Assembly: GCA_965208025.1 (NCBI GenBank)
Contig: OZ242302.1
Location: 247,485 to 311,484 of the forward strand
Reading direction: 5' to 3'
DNA length: 64,000 nt
Source: Rhodothermales bacterium
GTDB lineage: Bacteria > Bacteroidota > Rhodothermia > Rhodothermales > Bin80
Shown here one piece after another: positions 1 through 11,338 of the stretch. The notes under the pieces are model-generated. The model did no database searches and was not told where the DNA came from. It was given only the letters and a program-made list of their open reading frames with translations. The position numbers and the translations under genes are program-made. Positions within the stretch are counted from its first letter, which is position 1; each line of letters begins with the position of its first letter.

Positions 1-1
1 T

Positions 2-3000
2 ATATGGTACTTTCGTACCATGCCGAACAAGATTGGACACTTGCTTAATCTTCGCACGAAGAAGTTAGAGAGGGTCATCTATTACGAAGAGTATGTGGTT
101 GTTCAAGCTGGATGTGCCGCTGAGCATGGAATCGAAGATAATCAACTCTTGAAGGAAGAAGAGTTTTACGAAATCTTGTATAAAATCAGAGAGGATAACA
201 ACCGCCTTTCTGATGACGATCCTGATAAATTTATTGCCATGATTGGTGGAGAGGCGATCGAGTTTATGCTTAAACGTCTCCGGTTAGATGAACTTTCGCA
301 TGAGTTAAGGTTTCAGATTAAAACTGAGAGCAGTCAGCAGCGCAAAGCTGATGCGATCAAGCGCCTGACGGTTGTTGAAGCCTTCCGCGATGCGAACCGA
401 CGTCTTGATAACTATCCTGAGTGGATGGTTCTGCGTGTGATTCCAGTGATTCCTCCTGAACTTCGCCCCTTAGTCCCACTTGAAGGAGGTCGATTCGCCA
501 CGAGCGATCTGAATGACTTATATCGTCGAGTGATCATTCGAAATAACCGATTACAGCGTCTAATAGACATCAAGGCACCAGAAGTCATTCTTCGGAATGA
601 AAAACGGATGCTTCAGGAAGCGGTTGACAGTTTATTTGATAATTCTCGTAAGGTGAATGCCGTCCGAAGCGACTCTAATCGTGCATTGAAGAGTCTCTCG
701 GATATGCTCAAGGGTAAGCAGGGGCGATTCCGTCAGAACCTTTTGGGTAAGAGGGTTGATTATTCGGGACGTTCGGTCATTGTAGTTGGCCCGGAACTTG
801 ATCTGCACCAGTGTGGTCTCCCAAAAGAAATGGCTGTGGAGTTGTTCAAGCCATTTGTCATCCGAAAGTTGATTGAGCGGGGAATAGTCAAAACTGTCAA
901 AAGTGCGAAAAAGGTTGTGGATCGGCGGACATCCGAAGTATGGGATATTCTTGAAAAGGTTATTCAGGGACGACCTGTGATGCTCAATAGAGCACCGACA
1001 CTTCATCGTCTGGGTTTTCAGGCGTTTCAACCTGTACTGACCGAAGGGAAAGCCATCCAGCTCCATCCACTTGTCTGTACAGCGTTTAATGCTGACTTTG
1101 ACGGTGACCAGATGGCAGTACATGTTCCTTTGGGACATGATGCGTGTATGGAGGCCATGATATTGATGTTGTCAAGCCACAATATCCTTTCGCCTGCTCA
1201 TGGCGGCCCCATCACTGTACCGACGCAGGATATGGTACTGGGTCTCTATTATCTGACCAAATCACGTTCCGGTCAAAAGGGGGAAGGTATGCGATTTTCC
1301 TCTACTTATGAAGTACGACAAGCATTTGACCAACAGAGAGTTGATGTGCATGCCAAGATCAAGGTTCGGTTGAACACGGGAGAAGTGGTTGATACTACCG
1401 TTGGACGGGTTCTATTCAACGAAGTGGTTCCTGATGGGGTACCTTATATCAATGATGTGTTGACCAAAAAGAACCTGAGGCGCATTATAGGTGAGGTACT
1501 TACTGCGACAGATTTTCCTCAGACGGTACGTTTTCTGGACGAGATCAAGCGCTCAGGCTTTGAGCGTGCTACTACGGCTGGATTGACCTTCTCTTTGGCG
1601 GATATAGTTGTTCCCAACAAGAAGATGGACTTGATTGACTCGGCAAAAACCGAGGTGGCTACTGCCTATCACAATTACGAAGAAGGCTACATTACCGATA
1701 ATGAGCGCTACAACAAAGTTATAGATATCTGGACTCGAACGAACAATAGTGTTTCCGAAGTTCTATTTGATACCCTGAAAGAGCATGAAGAGGGTTTCAA
1801 TGCGATTTATATGATGGCTGATTCTGGCGCGCGTGGTTCCAAGGAACAGATTCGTCAGTTAGGTGGAATACGCGGTCTGATGGCCAAGCCGCAAAAAAGT
1901 CTGGTTGGCTCTGCCGGTGAGATTATTGAAAATCCTATCGTTTCAAATTTCAAGGAAGGATTGTCCGTTCTGGAATATTTTATCTCAACTCACGGTGCAA
2001 GAAAGGGACTCGCGGACACCGCCCTAAAAACGGCGGATGCTGGTTACCTGACGCGTCGCCTTGTTGATGTGGCACAGGATGTAACGGTGACCCAGTATGA
2101 CTGTGGAACCTTGCGAGGGATTCGAATCAGTGCACTCAAGGATAATGAGACTGTGGTTGAACCACTGGCAGATCGAATTCTTGGTCGTGTCTCTCTTCAC
2201 GATGTTCGTGATCCACTCACGGATGCAATCATTGTATTAGCGAACGAGGTAATTGATGAGCAAAAGGCCAAGCATATTGCAGAAACCAGCATTGAGCAGG
2301 TAGAAATTCGTTCCGTTCTTACCTGCGAAGCGAAGAGAGGTACCTGTTCACTTTGCTATGGACGAAACCTGGGTACTGGACGGCTCGTTGAGTCTGGTGA
2401 AGCAGTTGGCATTGTGGCTGCCCAATCCATTGGTGAACCTGGTACGCAGTTGACTCTCCGAACATTCCATGTTGGGGGAACGGCTAGCCGAATTGAAGCA
2501 GATAGTACGATTCGAAGCAAATTTGCAGGTCAAATTGTTTATGAGAACCTCAGAACTGTTACCTATGAAGGTTCGAGTGGATCTGTTGATATCGTCCTGA
2601 CTAGACAGGGCGAGATTCGAGTTGTTGACGATGAAAATCGGCAATTATTTTCCTCAATTATTCCCTTTGGTGCCGAGATACTTGTGTCCGATGGAGATAT
2701 GGTTGAAAAGGATGCGGTATTAGCTAGCTGGGACCCCTATAACAGTGTCATCTTATCTGAAGTGTCTGGCTCAGTCCGATTCCAGGATATTATTGATGGA
2801 ACCACCCTGCGGGAAGAGTCGGATAAATTCATTGGTCGCAAGGAGAAAGTAATTATTGAGAGCAGAGAGCGTTCACTTACACCTGCAATTCGGGTCTTTA
2901 CGTCTGACGATACACATCGGGAATATCCACTACCTGTTCGTGCCAGATTGCAAGTAAGTGACGACGATCATGTACAGGCGGGTGAAGTTCTTGCAAAAAT

Positions 3001-3997
3001 TCCTCGACAATCTGCCAGAACACGTGACATTACTGGTGGTCTCCCCCGCGTGACGGAGCTCTTTGAGGCGCGAACGCCGACCGACGCTGCGGTTGTGAGC
3101 GAGATCGACGGGGTGGTCACCTTTGGTGGAAGGAAACGTGGTGCCATGGAAGTCATTGTCACGAGTCGTGATGGGCTTGATACCCATACCTATCTCGTAT
3201 CTCTCCAGAAGCACATTCTTGTCCATGAGAATGACTTTGTCCGCGCAGGGAATCCATTATCTGATGGACAGGTTTCTCCGCGAGATATTTTGCGGATCAA
3301 AGGTGCCCGAGCGGTACAGGAGTATCTCGTCAATGAAATCCAGGAAGTTTATCGTCTACAGGGCGTGGCAATCAATGACAAGCACATTGAAGTGATTGTC
3401 CGTCAGATGATGCAAAAAATAAAAGTCACGGATCCCGGAGATACAGTTCTTCTGGAAGAAGAGGCAATTGCAGGGTTCCAGCTTGAGGAGTTGAATGACG
3501 CGTTGTATGACAAATTTGTTGTCACCGATGCTGGCGAATCTGGACTTCGTATCGGCTCTCTGGTTGATCGTCGACAGTTACGCGAGGTGAACTCTGAGAT
3601 GAAACGTCGTGATCTCAGTGAGGTAACGGTTCGCGAAGCACACCCTGCGGTTGGTGAACCACTTCTTTTAGGAATTACTCAAGCAGCACTTGCGACGGAT
3701 TCATTTATCTCTGCTGCATCCTTTCAGGAAACAACCAAGGTTCTCACCGAGGCAGCGATTAGTGCCAAAGTAGATCCGCTCTACGGACTCAAGGAGAATG
3801 TGATTGTTGGCCATCTCATTCCTGCTGGGACAGGTCAGCGGAAGTTCCGAGATATTGTTGTTGGGTCCAAGTCTGAACTGGAAGAGCTGCAGTTTACCAT
3901 TGGTGCGGAGATTGATCAATCTACCGCGGGTGATGGGGCAACGACCAGTCAACCTCCAATCAAAAGGATCAAGCCCGCACTTGAGTTGAAGGTGTAA
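2..3997 (+). CDS. rpoC: DNA-directed RNA polymerase subunit beta-prime, 5'-truncated by the window edge
   Basis: Frame is open from nt 2 ([15 protein letters not shown] continues an upstream ORF). RpoC motifs read directly: [10 protein letters not shown], catalytic [12 protein letters not shown], and [26 protein letters not shown]. Stop TAA at 3995-3997. Confidence 0.97.
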   Translation: MWYFRTMPNKIGHLLNLRTKKLERVIYYEEYVVVQAGCAAEHGIEDNQLLKEEEFYEILYKIREDNNRLSDDDPDKFIAMIGGEAIEFMLKRLRLDELSHELRFQIKTESSQQRKADAIKRLTVVEAFRDANRRLDNYPEWMVLRVIPVIPPELRPLVPLEGGRFATSDLNDLYRRVIIRNNRLQRLIDIKAPEVILRNEKRMLQEAVDSLFDNSRKVNAVRSDSNRALKSLSDMLKGKQGRFRQNLLGKRVDYSGRSVIVVGPELDLHQCGLPKEMAVELFKPFVIRKLIERGIVKTVKSAKKVVDRRTSEVWDILEKVIQGRPVMLNRAPTLHRLGFQAFQPVLTEGKAIQLHPLVCTAFNADFDGDQMAVHVPLGHDACMEAMILMLSSHNILSPAHGGPITVPTQDMVLGLYYLTKSRSGQKGEGMRFSSTYEVRQAFDQQRVDVHAKIKVRLNTGEVVDTTVGRVLFNEVVPDGVPYINDVLTKKNLRRIIGEVLTATDFPQTVRFLDEIKRSGFERATTAGLTFSLADIVVPNKKMDLIDSAKTEVATAYHNYEEGYITDNERYNKVIDIWTRTNNSVSEVLFDTLKEHEEGFNAIYMMADSGARGSKEQIRQLGGIRGLMAKPQKSLVGSAGEIIENPIVSNFKEGLSVLEYFISTHGARKGLADTALKTADAGYLTRRLVDVAQDVTVTQYDCGTLRGIRISALKDNETVVEPLADRILGRVSLHDVRDPLTDAIIVLANEVIDEQKAKHIAETSIEQVEIRSVLTCEAKRGTCSLCYGRNLGTGRLVESGEAVGIVAAQSIGEPGTQLTLRTFHVGGTASRIEADSTIRSKFAGQIVYENLRTVTYEGSSGSVDIVLTRQGEIRVVDDENRQLFSSIIPFGAEILVSDGDMVEKDAVLASWDPYNSVILSEVSGSVRFQDIIDGTTLREESDKFIGRKEKVIIESRERSLTPAIRVFTSDDTHREYPLPVRARLQVSDDDHVQAGEVLAKIPRQSARTRDITGGLPRVTELFEARTPTDAAVVSEIDGVVTFGGRKRGAMEVIVTSRDGLDTHTYLVSLQKHILVHENDFVRAGNPLSDGQVSPRDILRIKGARAVQEYLVNEIQEVYRLQGVAINDKHIEVIVRQMMQKIKVTDPGDTVLLEEEAIAGFQLEELNDALYDKFVVTDAGESGLRIGSLVDRRQLREVNSEMKRRDLSEVTVREAHPAVGEPLLLGITQAALATDSFISAASFQETTKVLTEAAISAKVDPLYGLKENVIVGHLIPAGTGQRKFRDIVVGSKSELEELQFTIGAEIDQSTAGDGATTSQPPIKRIKPALELKV

Positions 3998-4039
3998 TCA
4001 GTTTGAAACTTGGTGCAAGTCTGATGCGGTGATGTTAAA

Positions 4040-5803
4040 TTACGCCGTCACTCTTTGATGAGTTATGGCGGAGTCACGCACTTTCAGGACGATAATCTCT
4101 GTACCATGATATCGTTCATGTCGTATGGATGCGCTTAGATGTTTAAGCATTCTCAGGGATACATCTCGCTCCAGATCATCGGGGCCAGATACATCGGAAC
4201 CCATCAGTGCAATTCGGTCCTCCAGATTCTCGGCGGAGTCGGCGGCTACAAACTCCAATGTTGCTAGGCCTGGTTCATGTTTGATGATCAATTGAAGAAC
4301 CCCTTCGTCTGTGGCATTCTCAGAATCATTTGACAGGACTAGAAGTGCTTCTTCGGCGGCAGCTTCAACTTGAAGTGTGAAATTTGAAGACCATGAGTGA
4401 TTCTTGGAGAATTTTTGAATAAAGGATTGTAGTTCGGGGAGTGCCTTCACATCCAAACGTGTTCGGATTCGTCTCCTGCCTTTCAATGTAAATTCTGATA
4501 CGATAGTTAGCAGGATTGCAACGAGTCCTCCACTCACCATGCCATTTTCAAAGGTTCCGGCAGCCAATCCGTTAAAGAACTCAGGGAAGATCGTCCCATT
4601 TTGTAGCCCAGTGCCAATCCAGAATGATATTCCGCAGATCAGTCCACTCCGGTAGTTGATTCCGTCTTGAACGACAATTTTCATCCCCAAAACGAATAGC
4701 ATTGCGATTAATACGGTGATGAAGGTTCCGACAACTGGGGCTGGGATAGCCAAAATTGCCGCGAGGAACTTTGGGTTCATGGATAAAAAGATGAAGATCA
4801 CGCCAATGGCAACCCCACATGCTCTGGATGCAACCCCAGTGAGTTCCACGACGGAAACGGAACTGGAATAGGTCGTATTCGGAATTGTACCTGTGATCCC
4901 AGAAAGAAAATTGCCAAATCCATCCGCCGTAAGGGCTCCCTGAACGGTACGAAAATCGGATGCGCGTGGCTTTCGCCAAGAAATCTTTTGCACTGCAATT
5001 GAATCTCCAACGGTCTCAATAGCACCGATCATAGTCACAAAAATGAATGCGGGCAGGAAGGCCCAGAAGATCGGTCCAAACTCAAAGTCAAGTCCAGGCC
5101 AACCGGAGAAGGATGGGAATCCAAACCAACCAGCTTCCTGAATGGACTGAGTATCATAGATCCCGAAGAAGAATGATGTGATCGTTCCAGCCATGACCCC
5201 GATCATTGGTGCCCATAAACGAAGGATCCCCCTTGCTTTGAAGGCCAACAAGAGCGTAGCAATGAGCGTAACCGTCGCACTGAGTCCTCCTCCAAATAAT
5301 GAGGTTCCTTCGGGGATCTGTGTGAGCATATCAAACAGAATTGGCATGACTGTAACGGCGATGAGCATGATCACCGTGCCAGTAACCGTAGGAGTCAAAA
5401 TCCGTCGAAAACTGGACAGTTTTGCAGCAAAGAGCAGTTGCAAGAGTGCGGAAACAATCACCAACGTCGCCATCGTTGCGGGCCCGCTCTTATTCAGCGC
5501 ACCGATACAGACGCCAATGAATGCCCCGGACGTTCCCATCAGCAATATATAGCCGGCTCCAATTCTGAATTTTGCGGTTGCTTGCATGATCGTGGAGACT
5601 CCACTCACAATGACGGCCGCAAAGACAGCCCAAGCGAGATATTCATCGCTTCCACCGCCAGCTCGGATAATAATTGCAGGAGTCAGGACGATGCCCCCGA
5701 TACTAAGAAGAGCCATCTGAAATCCCAGCCCGATCGTCAGCAGCAGGGGAGGGGTTTCATCCGGTTGGTATCGAATATCTGTTGCAGTTGTATTGAATTT
5801 CAT
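4040..5803 (-). CDS. Nucleobase:cation symporter-2 (xanthine/uracil permease family) transporter with an extra ~130-aa soluble C-terminal tail
   Basis: 587-aa ORF that is strongly hydrophobic and multi-TM over the first ~450 aa. Blocks such as QMALLSIGGIVLTPAII and IPAPVVGTFITVLIAMLFVLG match my memory of NCS2 permeases. Substrate cannot be assigned. Confidence 0.8.
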   Translation of the reverse strand: MKFNTTATDIRYQPDETPPLLLTIGLGFQMALLSIGGIVLTPAIIIRAGGGSDEYLAWAVFAAVIVSGVSTIMQATAKFRIGAGYILLMGTSGAFIGVCIGALNKSGPATMATLVIVSALLQLLFAAKLSSFRRILTPTVTGTVIMLIAVTVMPILFDMLTQIPEGTSLFGGGLSATVTLIATLLLAFKARGILRLWAPMIGVMAGTITSFFFGIYDTQSIQEAGWFGFPSFSGWPGLDFEFGPIFWAFLPAFIFVTMIGAIETVGDSIAVQKISWRKPRASDFRTVQGALTADGFGNFLSGITGTIPNTTYSSSVSVVELTGVASRACGVAIGVIFIFLSMNPKFLAAILAIPAPVVGTFITVLIAMLFVLGMKIVVQDGINYRSGLICGISFWIGTGLQNGTIFPEFFNGLAAGTFENGMVSGGLVAILLTIVSEFTLKGRRRIRTRLDVKALPELQSFIQKFSKNHSWSSNFTLQVEAAAEEALLVLSNDSENATDEGVLQLIIKHEPGLATLEFVAADSAENLEDRIALMGSDVSGPDDLERDVSLRMLKHLSASIRHERYHGTEIIVLKVRDSAITHQRVTA

Positions 5804-6088
5804 TTTCGGGATGTTTGACTCAGATCAATAACTTAGTCGATCCTTCGTATTGGAAAAACAAAATTTAATGAATATGTTAGAAAAACCTAAGATAAGGAGA
5901 ACAAACTTTCTAAACGCACACCATTGAACTCTACAAAGTAGCCATTTCAATTGGATCTGCAAACTTAAATGCAATTTAGGCGCAATTGCGTCAGTGAGTT
6001 AGGTGATTTTTTATTCTTGATATTCATCAAGTTCAAGTGATTTTCCCGTATGCCTGCATTTTACACTTGTATTTGAAACGAATCAATT

Positions 6089-6104
6089 CCTCTCGCTGGA
6101 GAGG
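6089..6104 (-). terminator. Short GC hairpin downstream of the 1385-aa surface-protein gene (possible terminator)
   Basis: CCTCTC-GCTG-GAGAGG, a perfect 6-bp stem with 4-nt loop, lies ~60 nt after the stop at 6166. The flanking T/A tract is weak. Confidence 0.25.
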
Positions 6105-6165
6105 TTTGATCAGCAGTGCTTGGATGATTAATCTGATCCGAGAGAACACCAATGATCCAGACTGA

Positions 6166-9100
6166 TCACCATTTCAGATTTATGCGTGCACTCAGTCCAT
6201 AAGAATTTGGGATTCGGTTTTCCTCCACGGTTCGCGCGGTGGTCGCTACCGAGAATTGCAGTCCCTGTCGCATGCGCAGGTTGTATCCAACCCGGTAGGC
6301 GCGCCCTCTTGGATCCAGCGTCATTCCCACGATGGATCGTCCAAGACTTCCCCTGACCGGAGTTCCATACCCCAGTTCCATCTCAATACGTTCATCGGTA
6401 TTCCCCAGTGCTATGGAATGTAGCGGCGCTTCGCGCCAGAGGTGTCCACCATAGACATTCCCCCACAGTGGTCGTATCCGCATGGAGGGGCCAAGTCCGC
6501 CTACTGCTCCGTACTCAATCGCCCCCATCAGTCCCCATTCGCGCATCCCCTCACTCGTATGCAGTAGCAGGGCACGACCTCCGAATTCTGCACGTAGTTG
6601 ACTGGTTGACCATCGGATGCCTCCACCCAGTTCAAGTCCCATTCCCGTTTCGGCATCCCCTCCATCCTGCCGAAGGGCAGCTTCCATATACGGCTCCATC
6701 CCTCGTCCCAATCGTAGACTTCCCTCCGCACCTGCGCGGATCCTGCGCACACCCAGATCGGATCCATTCTCCATCGTTGCCGTAGCCCAAAACGCATCGA
6801 CCTCGTAGCCCAGCCGTCCAGCCCTGTCACCGGTCAATGTTCCAGTCAGTCCCAGCGCAACCAGCGCAGCATCCACTTCGGAGTCCAGTGTCTCCACTTC
6901 GGTCTCGCCGCGTCCCAGCCCCAAGAGAATCCATCCACGCATTCCGGTTTCCGTTTGATAACTGACATACGGATAGATCCCTGTCAATCTTGAGGATGCC
7001 GTTCCAGACTGCGTTGGTGTCTCATAGGTCCCTTGATCCCAGCTCTGTGCAGCCAAGAGCCCTGCCATCCATCCCTGATGCCACCCGTAGTCTGCTCCTA
7101 AGAGCATGGTAGTGACATCGGAGCGCAGGGACAATGCTCCGTCCCTGCCACGCATGTGTGTGAATGCTCCCTGCCCCCATACACTCCACCCTCCATGGGT
7201 GAACTCTGCTCCACATCCACTGAAGATCTGTTCAGGATACCAGCGTTCAGATCTGTAACGAAGCCAAGTGAGGTGTTCGGGGATGTGGCATTGCGCCATC
7301 CCCTCCATCCGCCGAGTTAAAGCGACTACCACCTGGGAAGCCCAGGTCCGAAGCACTCTGGAAACATACCCATTCTGGATACTTTCCTCGCTTGCCTCTT
7401 TGATTACCGCTTCTGTTCGGGCTTGGTGTACATCTGCATTCACAGCCGCAAGCAAGACCAAAGAAAAGGTCTTTGCTGTCCACAAAGGCTCGTTGGAGAG
7501 AAGTTTCACCTCCACGGTTTTGGATACTTCACCGGGGGCAAATGTGACCTGACCTGCCACTGGTTCATAGTCCTCGCCTGCCAACGCACTCCCGTCTTCA
7601 CTGGCATAGCTGGCCAGAACAGGGATTGGGGAGGGGTTGGACAGGATCAAATCAAACAGTGCCACACGGCGGGATACCGTCACACTCTGCACCGAAATAC
7701 TGGCGCTCCCGTCATCATCCACAATGGTGCCCGTCCCTGTCTCTTGGGCAAGGATCGCATTTTTGGGACTGGAAAGTGTCACTTGAAACGTTTCCTCGGA
7801 TTCTCTCTCTTCATCATTCAAGATCTGGATATGAATCTTGCCCTCCGTGCTTCCTCGCTGAAAAATAACGATCCCGCGGGAAGCAGTGTAATCGGATCCT
7901 GCATGTGCCGTCACATCCGAAGACGTAAACTGAACCGTTACCAACTGGGAACTTGGTTGGCTAAGTCGGACTGGTAGAAAAAGAGAGCCTGCTTCCTCTG
8001 ATTCACGCTCATCATAGATACTGACGGTGATCGCATCGTTGTCTACAATGATTCCCCGTCCCTCACGCTGCACGATGTCCCCATGCTCAGCATTGGTCAA
8101 CTGAATCAGAAACGTTTCCTCTTCTTCAAATAACTCGTCGTCCACAATCTCTATATCAATAGTTTGTGTGCTCTGTCCAGTGTTAAAGCGCAGGGGGCTC
8201 TGAGTCTGTACATTATAGTCTAAGAATTTTTCGGTCGACACATCGGTGACACTAAATTCAACTGTGGTAGAGGGGGTTTTTGCCGGATGAGATAAGGTGA
8301 CCTCAAAGCTAACCAGTCCCGCATCCTCTTGCACCCGAAGCGATGGCACGATACTTATCTGAGGCGGTTCATCATCATCAATAATCGTCCCGATCGCCGA
8401 ATTATTTGACAGAATAGCAAGATCGGGGTTGAATAACTCCAAGATTAAGCTCTCAGCCTCCTCCTCTTCAGTATCATCAACAAGGGGGATCGTGATTGTC
8501 TGGCGGGTTGATCCAGGTTGAAATCGAAGCGTTCCGCTTCGTGAGGAATAGTCCGCGGGGGCCATAGCCGTCCCATCCAGAGTCGCATACTCCACCCGCA
8601 AGACCTGCTCTGGATTGGGCGCATCCAGTGTCACCGTAAAGATCAACTCCATAGAACCCTCAACTGCTTCGGTGTCATCAACCTGAAGCCGATATTCATC
8701 ATTGTCTTCAATCGTCACGGTCGCTTGCTCAGGATCCAAGTCCGCACCCATGGCTTCAAACAATCGAACCAAAAAATGCTCTGGTGGCTCAGTGATTCGA
8801 TCATCAATGATTTCTATCTCAATAAATTCCATTGTACTCCCGGGAGAAATTCGAAGGAGACCTTCGGTAGGTATATAATCTTTACTCTCTTCGGCGGTCT
8901 GACCAACCGTTTGGTATCGTACACTCACCTCAGTGGTCGGTGCGGGGATGACCTCCACAGGCACCCGAATGATCCCATCCCCTTCGTGAACCCCGAGACT
9001 CCGAATCTTCAGCGTAACGGGGTGATCGTCATCAAGAATTGTAAGTGTTGCATCAGGGGGAGGCAGAAGCCCCAGTATATTTGCCACTTGGCCGCTTACC

Positions 9101-10323
9101 GTTATCGTTTTATTCCCAGAGGGTAAATTATTGTCCTTTGCTGTGATGGTGACAGCTCCAGAACTGGTATGATCACCGGCGGGAATTCTGAGCGTCTTAT
9201 TGGGACTGATCTCAAAATCACGGGGCGTAGCGGGATCATTGGGGGAAGCTGACACAGTAATTGTCACCGACGAGGTGAACGGGTTGCTCAGACGCGCAGT
9301 CACAGCTGAGCGTCCATTTAATTCGGAAATAGCTGGCGGGGTTAAAGTCAGAATCACTTGCGAAAGCGCTTCAGGACATTGACGAAGGTCACCGCCGCTA
9401 TGAAAAATGATGATCGTTCCTGCATCCCACAGATCAAGGATCTTTTTTGGCAGGCAGTTAATGGGATTATCCATAAGATGGACGTTCAAGGTTGGTTGAA
9501 TATCATCAAAGATATTCTCTGGCAGGGTATAAAGAGAATTCTCATTTAAGGATAACAACTCCAAGTTGGACAGTCCATTTAAAAGCCCCTCGGGTAAGGT
9601 AGTAAGAGAATTCTCGTGTATAAACAAGAATTTGAGTCCAGACAGACCATCAAAGAGATTTTCGGGAAGGCTAGTCAGAGAATTCCCCCATAAGCGGATC
9701 CTCCACAAACTGGTGAGTCCCTCGAATAGGTTCTCGGGCAGGAAAGTGAGAGAATTTTTTTGCAAGACCAGCGTTCCCAAGTTGCGGAGTCCGTCAAAGA
9801 GATCTTCTGGCAGTGTGGTGAAGGGATTATAACCTAGGTCTAGCAACTCCAATTTGGAGAGTCCGTCAAAGAGATCTTCTGGCAAGGAGGTAAGACTGCA
9901 ATTGTCTAAGCGGAGGTCTATCAACTGAGAGAGTCCGTCAAAGATGCTCTCTGGTAAAGTGTTGAAATCATTTTTACCTAAATCCAGTTTTTCCAATCTG
10001 GTGAGTCCCTCAAAAAGATCCTCTGGCAGGAAAGCCAACTGGTTACCATATAGATCTAACTCTTCCAATCGGCGGAGAGCGTGAAAATCAAATTCCTTCA
10101 GCGATTCAATCTCCATCGAAGCTAATTCTAAGGTCGTAATTCTTGATAACTGGGCTGTGGTAACGGTTGCACAATTATTATGCGTAATACTTCTAAGAAT
10201 CTCGTCTCTAACCTGCTCAGTTCGATCGCAAATGTTCGCCGTTTGTGCTGAGATACTCTGCACAAAGAACAACAGAAAAACAACCACCGCCATACCCAGA
10301 TATGAAGAGGAGAATCTTCGCAT
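6166..10323 (-). CDS. Giant surface protein: signal peptide + leucine-rich repeats + multiple Calx-beta-like modules + C-terminal autotransporter-like beta-barrel
   Basis: N-terminal signal peptide (LLFFVQSISAQT). About 10 tandem 24-aa LRRs (LPEDLFDGLxxLxxLxLxxNxLTx). Repeated modules end in the acidic DDxxxExxExF signature (IEIIDDRITEPPEHFLVRL, IPLVDDTEEEEAESLILEL, IEIVDDELFEEEETFLIQL, IQILNDEERESEETFQVTL). The last ~430 aa are Gly/aromatic-rich and end in SARINLKW. Confidence 0.85.
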   Translation of the reverse strand: MRRFSSSYLGMAVVVFLLFFVQSISAQTANICDRTEQVRDEILRSITHNNCATVTTAQLSRITTLELASMEIESLKEFDFHALRRLEELDLYGNQLAFLPEDLFEGLTRLEKLDLGKNDFNTLPESIFDGLSQLIDLRLDNCSLTSLPEDLFDGLSKLELLDLGYNPFTTLPEDLFDGLRNLGTLVLQKNSLTFLPENLFEGLTSLWRIRLWGNSLTSLPENLFDGLSGLKFLFIHENSLTTLPEGLLNGLSNLELLSLNENSLYTLPENIFDDIQPTLNVHLMDNPINCLPKKILDLWDAGTIIIFHSGGDLRQCPEALSQVILTLTPPAISELNGRSAVTARLSNPFTSSVTITVSASPNDPATPRDFEISPNKTLRIPAGDHTSSGAVTITAKDNNLPSGNKTITVSGQVANILGLLPPPDATLTILDDDHPVTLKIRSLGVHEGDGIIRVPVEVIPAPTTEVSVRYQTVGQTAEESKDYIPTEGLLRISPGSTMEFIEIEIIDDRITEPPEHFLVRLFEAMGADLDPEQATVTIEDNDEYRLQVDDTEAVEGSMELIFTVTLDAPNPEQVLRVEYATLDGTAMAPADYSSRSGTLRFQPGSTRQTITIPLVDDTEEEEAESLILELFNPDLAILSNNSAIGTIIDDDEPPQISIVPSLRVQEDAGLVSFEVTLSHPAKTPSTTVEFSVTDVSTEKFLDYNVQTQSPLRFNTGQSTQTIDIEIVDDELFEEEETFLIQLTNAEHGDIVQREGRGIIVDNDAITVSIYDERESEEAGSLFLPVRLSQPSSQLVTVQFTSSDVTAHAGSDYTASRGIVIFQRGSTEGKIHIQILNDEERESEETFQVTLSSPKNAILAQETGTGTIVDDDGSASISVQSVTVSRRVALFDLILSNPSPIPVLASYASEDGSALAGEDYEPVAGQVTFAPGEVSKTVEVKLLSNEPLWTAKTFSLVLLAAVNADVHQARTEAVIKEASEESIQNGYVSRVLRTWASQVVVALTRRMEGMAQCHIPEHLTWLRYRSERWYPEQIFSGCGAEFTHGGWSVWGQGAFTHMRGRDGALSLRSDVTTMLLGADYGWHQGWMAGLLAAQSWDQGTYETPTQSGTASSRLTGIYPYVSYQTETGMRGWILLGLGRGETEVETLDSEVDAALVALGLTGTLTGDRAGRLGYEVDAFWATATMENGSDLGVRRIRAGAEGSLRLGRGMEPYMEAALRQDGGDAETGMGLELGGGIRWSTSQLRAEFGGRALLLHTSEGMREWGLMGAIEYGAVGGLGPSMRIRPLWGNVYGGHLWREAPLHSIALGNTDERIEMELGYGTPVRGSLGRSIVGMTLDPRGRAYRVGYNLRMRQGLQFSVATTARTVEENRIPNSYGLSARINLKW

Positions 10324-10619
10324 GGCTACGATAAATCTTTAAGAATGTGGTGTACGGTCAGATAGAACGCTGAGCACTAAAAATGAATTCTATCAAACAG
10401 ATGAAGGTAATTATTCTCACTATAAGTAGTTTAAGATACTCAACGCAGAATATAATCTTTGGTTTAATTCTGAATTTGCTGATCTTGGTGTATTTTGTTC
10501 ACTTTTCAGACGGACGATTTATCCAGGATCATCATTTCATTTATGGTGCCAGTTATGCCCGAAGATCTTGGGCCATTGCCCCCGTAGGCGTGCCACAGTG
10601 ACAACTGTAAAAAGTTTTG

Positions 10620-11185
10620 TCGTTAGACACCTTCCCTGTGGAGATCCCCACACCTAAGTTCTATCTGTGGCGTTGACTGTAACTTCCTATTTCCATTGAA
10701 GATAGAGATTTTCCGTACCACTGATCTCCCCCAGAGCATTCCCCCAAGGGGCTACTTCACGGAGGCGCCGATCCGCTCTGCGATTCATCATCTATGGCCC
10801 TCATGATGCTACTATACCCCGCATTTGAGTGGAGCACCAAGGAACGATCTCCGAACTCCGCAGGCAATTGAATATAGGACCAACGCATGCCAACACTCAA
10901 TTCCATTCCCGACCTGTCTCTGCGCCGCACCCATCCTCCGAATGGCCATTTCTATGTACGCCTGCATGTCCGCTCCCAATCGCAGACATTCCTCAGCCTG
11001 AATAGATCCGACGATGCCCAGATCCAGTCCATTTTCCATGTCTGCTGTGGCCAAAGGCACCACTTCGTAGCACAGTCGTCCAGTGCTGCCACTCTTCAAT
11101 CTTCCAATCAGATCCAATGCATTTAGCATAGCGTCAAGTTCTGATTCCACTTCGGCGTTGATAGTTCCAGCACTGTGAGCATTTT
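10620..11185 (-). pseudogene. Decayed 3' remnant of a third LRR/Calx-beta/barrel paralogue (barrel portion only)
   Basis: ORF 10812..11150 reads ...ELDAMLNALDLIGRLKSGSTGRLCYEVVPLATADMENGLDLGIVGSIQAEECLRLGADMQAYIEMAIRR. This aligns with ...EVDAALVALGLTGTLTGDRAGRLGYEVDAFWATATMENGSDLGVRRIRAGAEGSLRLGRGMEPYMEAALRQ of the 1385-aa protein. Further similarity (PLGGMLWG vs PLWGNVYGG) continues to ~10620 through stops and frameshifts. No N-terminal part is present. Confidence 0.75.
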
Positions 11186-11338
11186 GGACTTTATCATTTA
11201 AGGTTCCTAGTGGAACCCCTTCTTTCTGCGGAAGGTTTGACTCATGTGAGAGTAGTCATTTATTGTAGAGCCCGTTTTATTCGCGGCCTCTCTTGTAAAG
11301 AATGGATTATATAGCGTTATATTCTGGGTGTCAGAATA

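Noticed and set aside
632-3989. Multiple 60-170-aa ORFs antisense to or out of frame with rpoC. Similar shadow ORFs occur inside the permease, the giant surface-protein genes, pgk/gap, porU and others.
   Set aside because: All lie wholly inside long, motif-supported genes and have low-complexity or arbitrary sequence with no recognisable domains. They are typical six-frame noise.
5804-6165. Possible purine riboswitch upstream of the NCS2 permease.
   Set aside because: Reading the minus-strand leader, I could not find the conserved purine-riboswitch core (UAUAAUCGCGUGGAUAUGGCACGCAAGUUUCUACCGGGCACCGUAAAUGUCCGACUAUG-like junction nucleotides) or a three-way junction.
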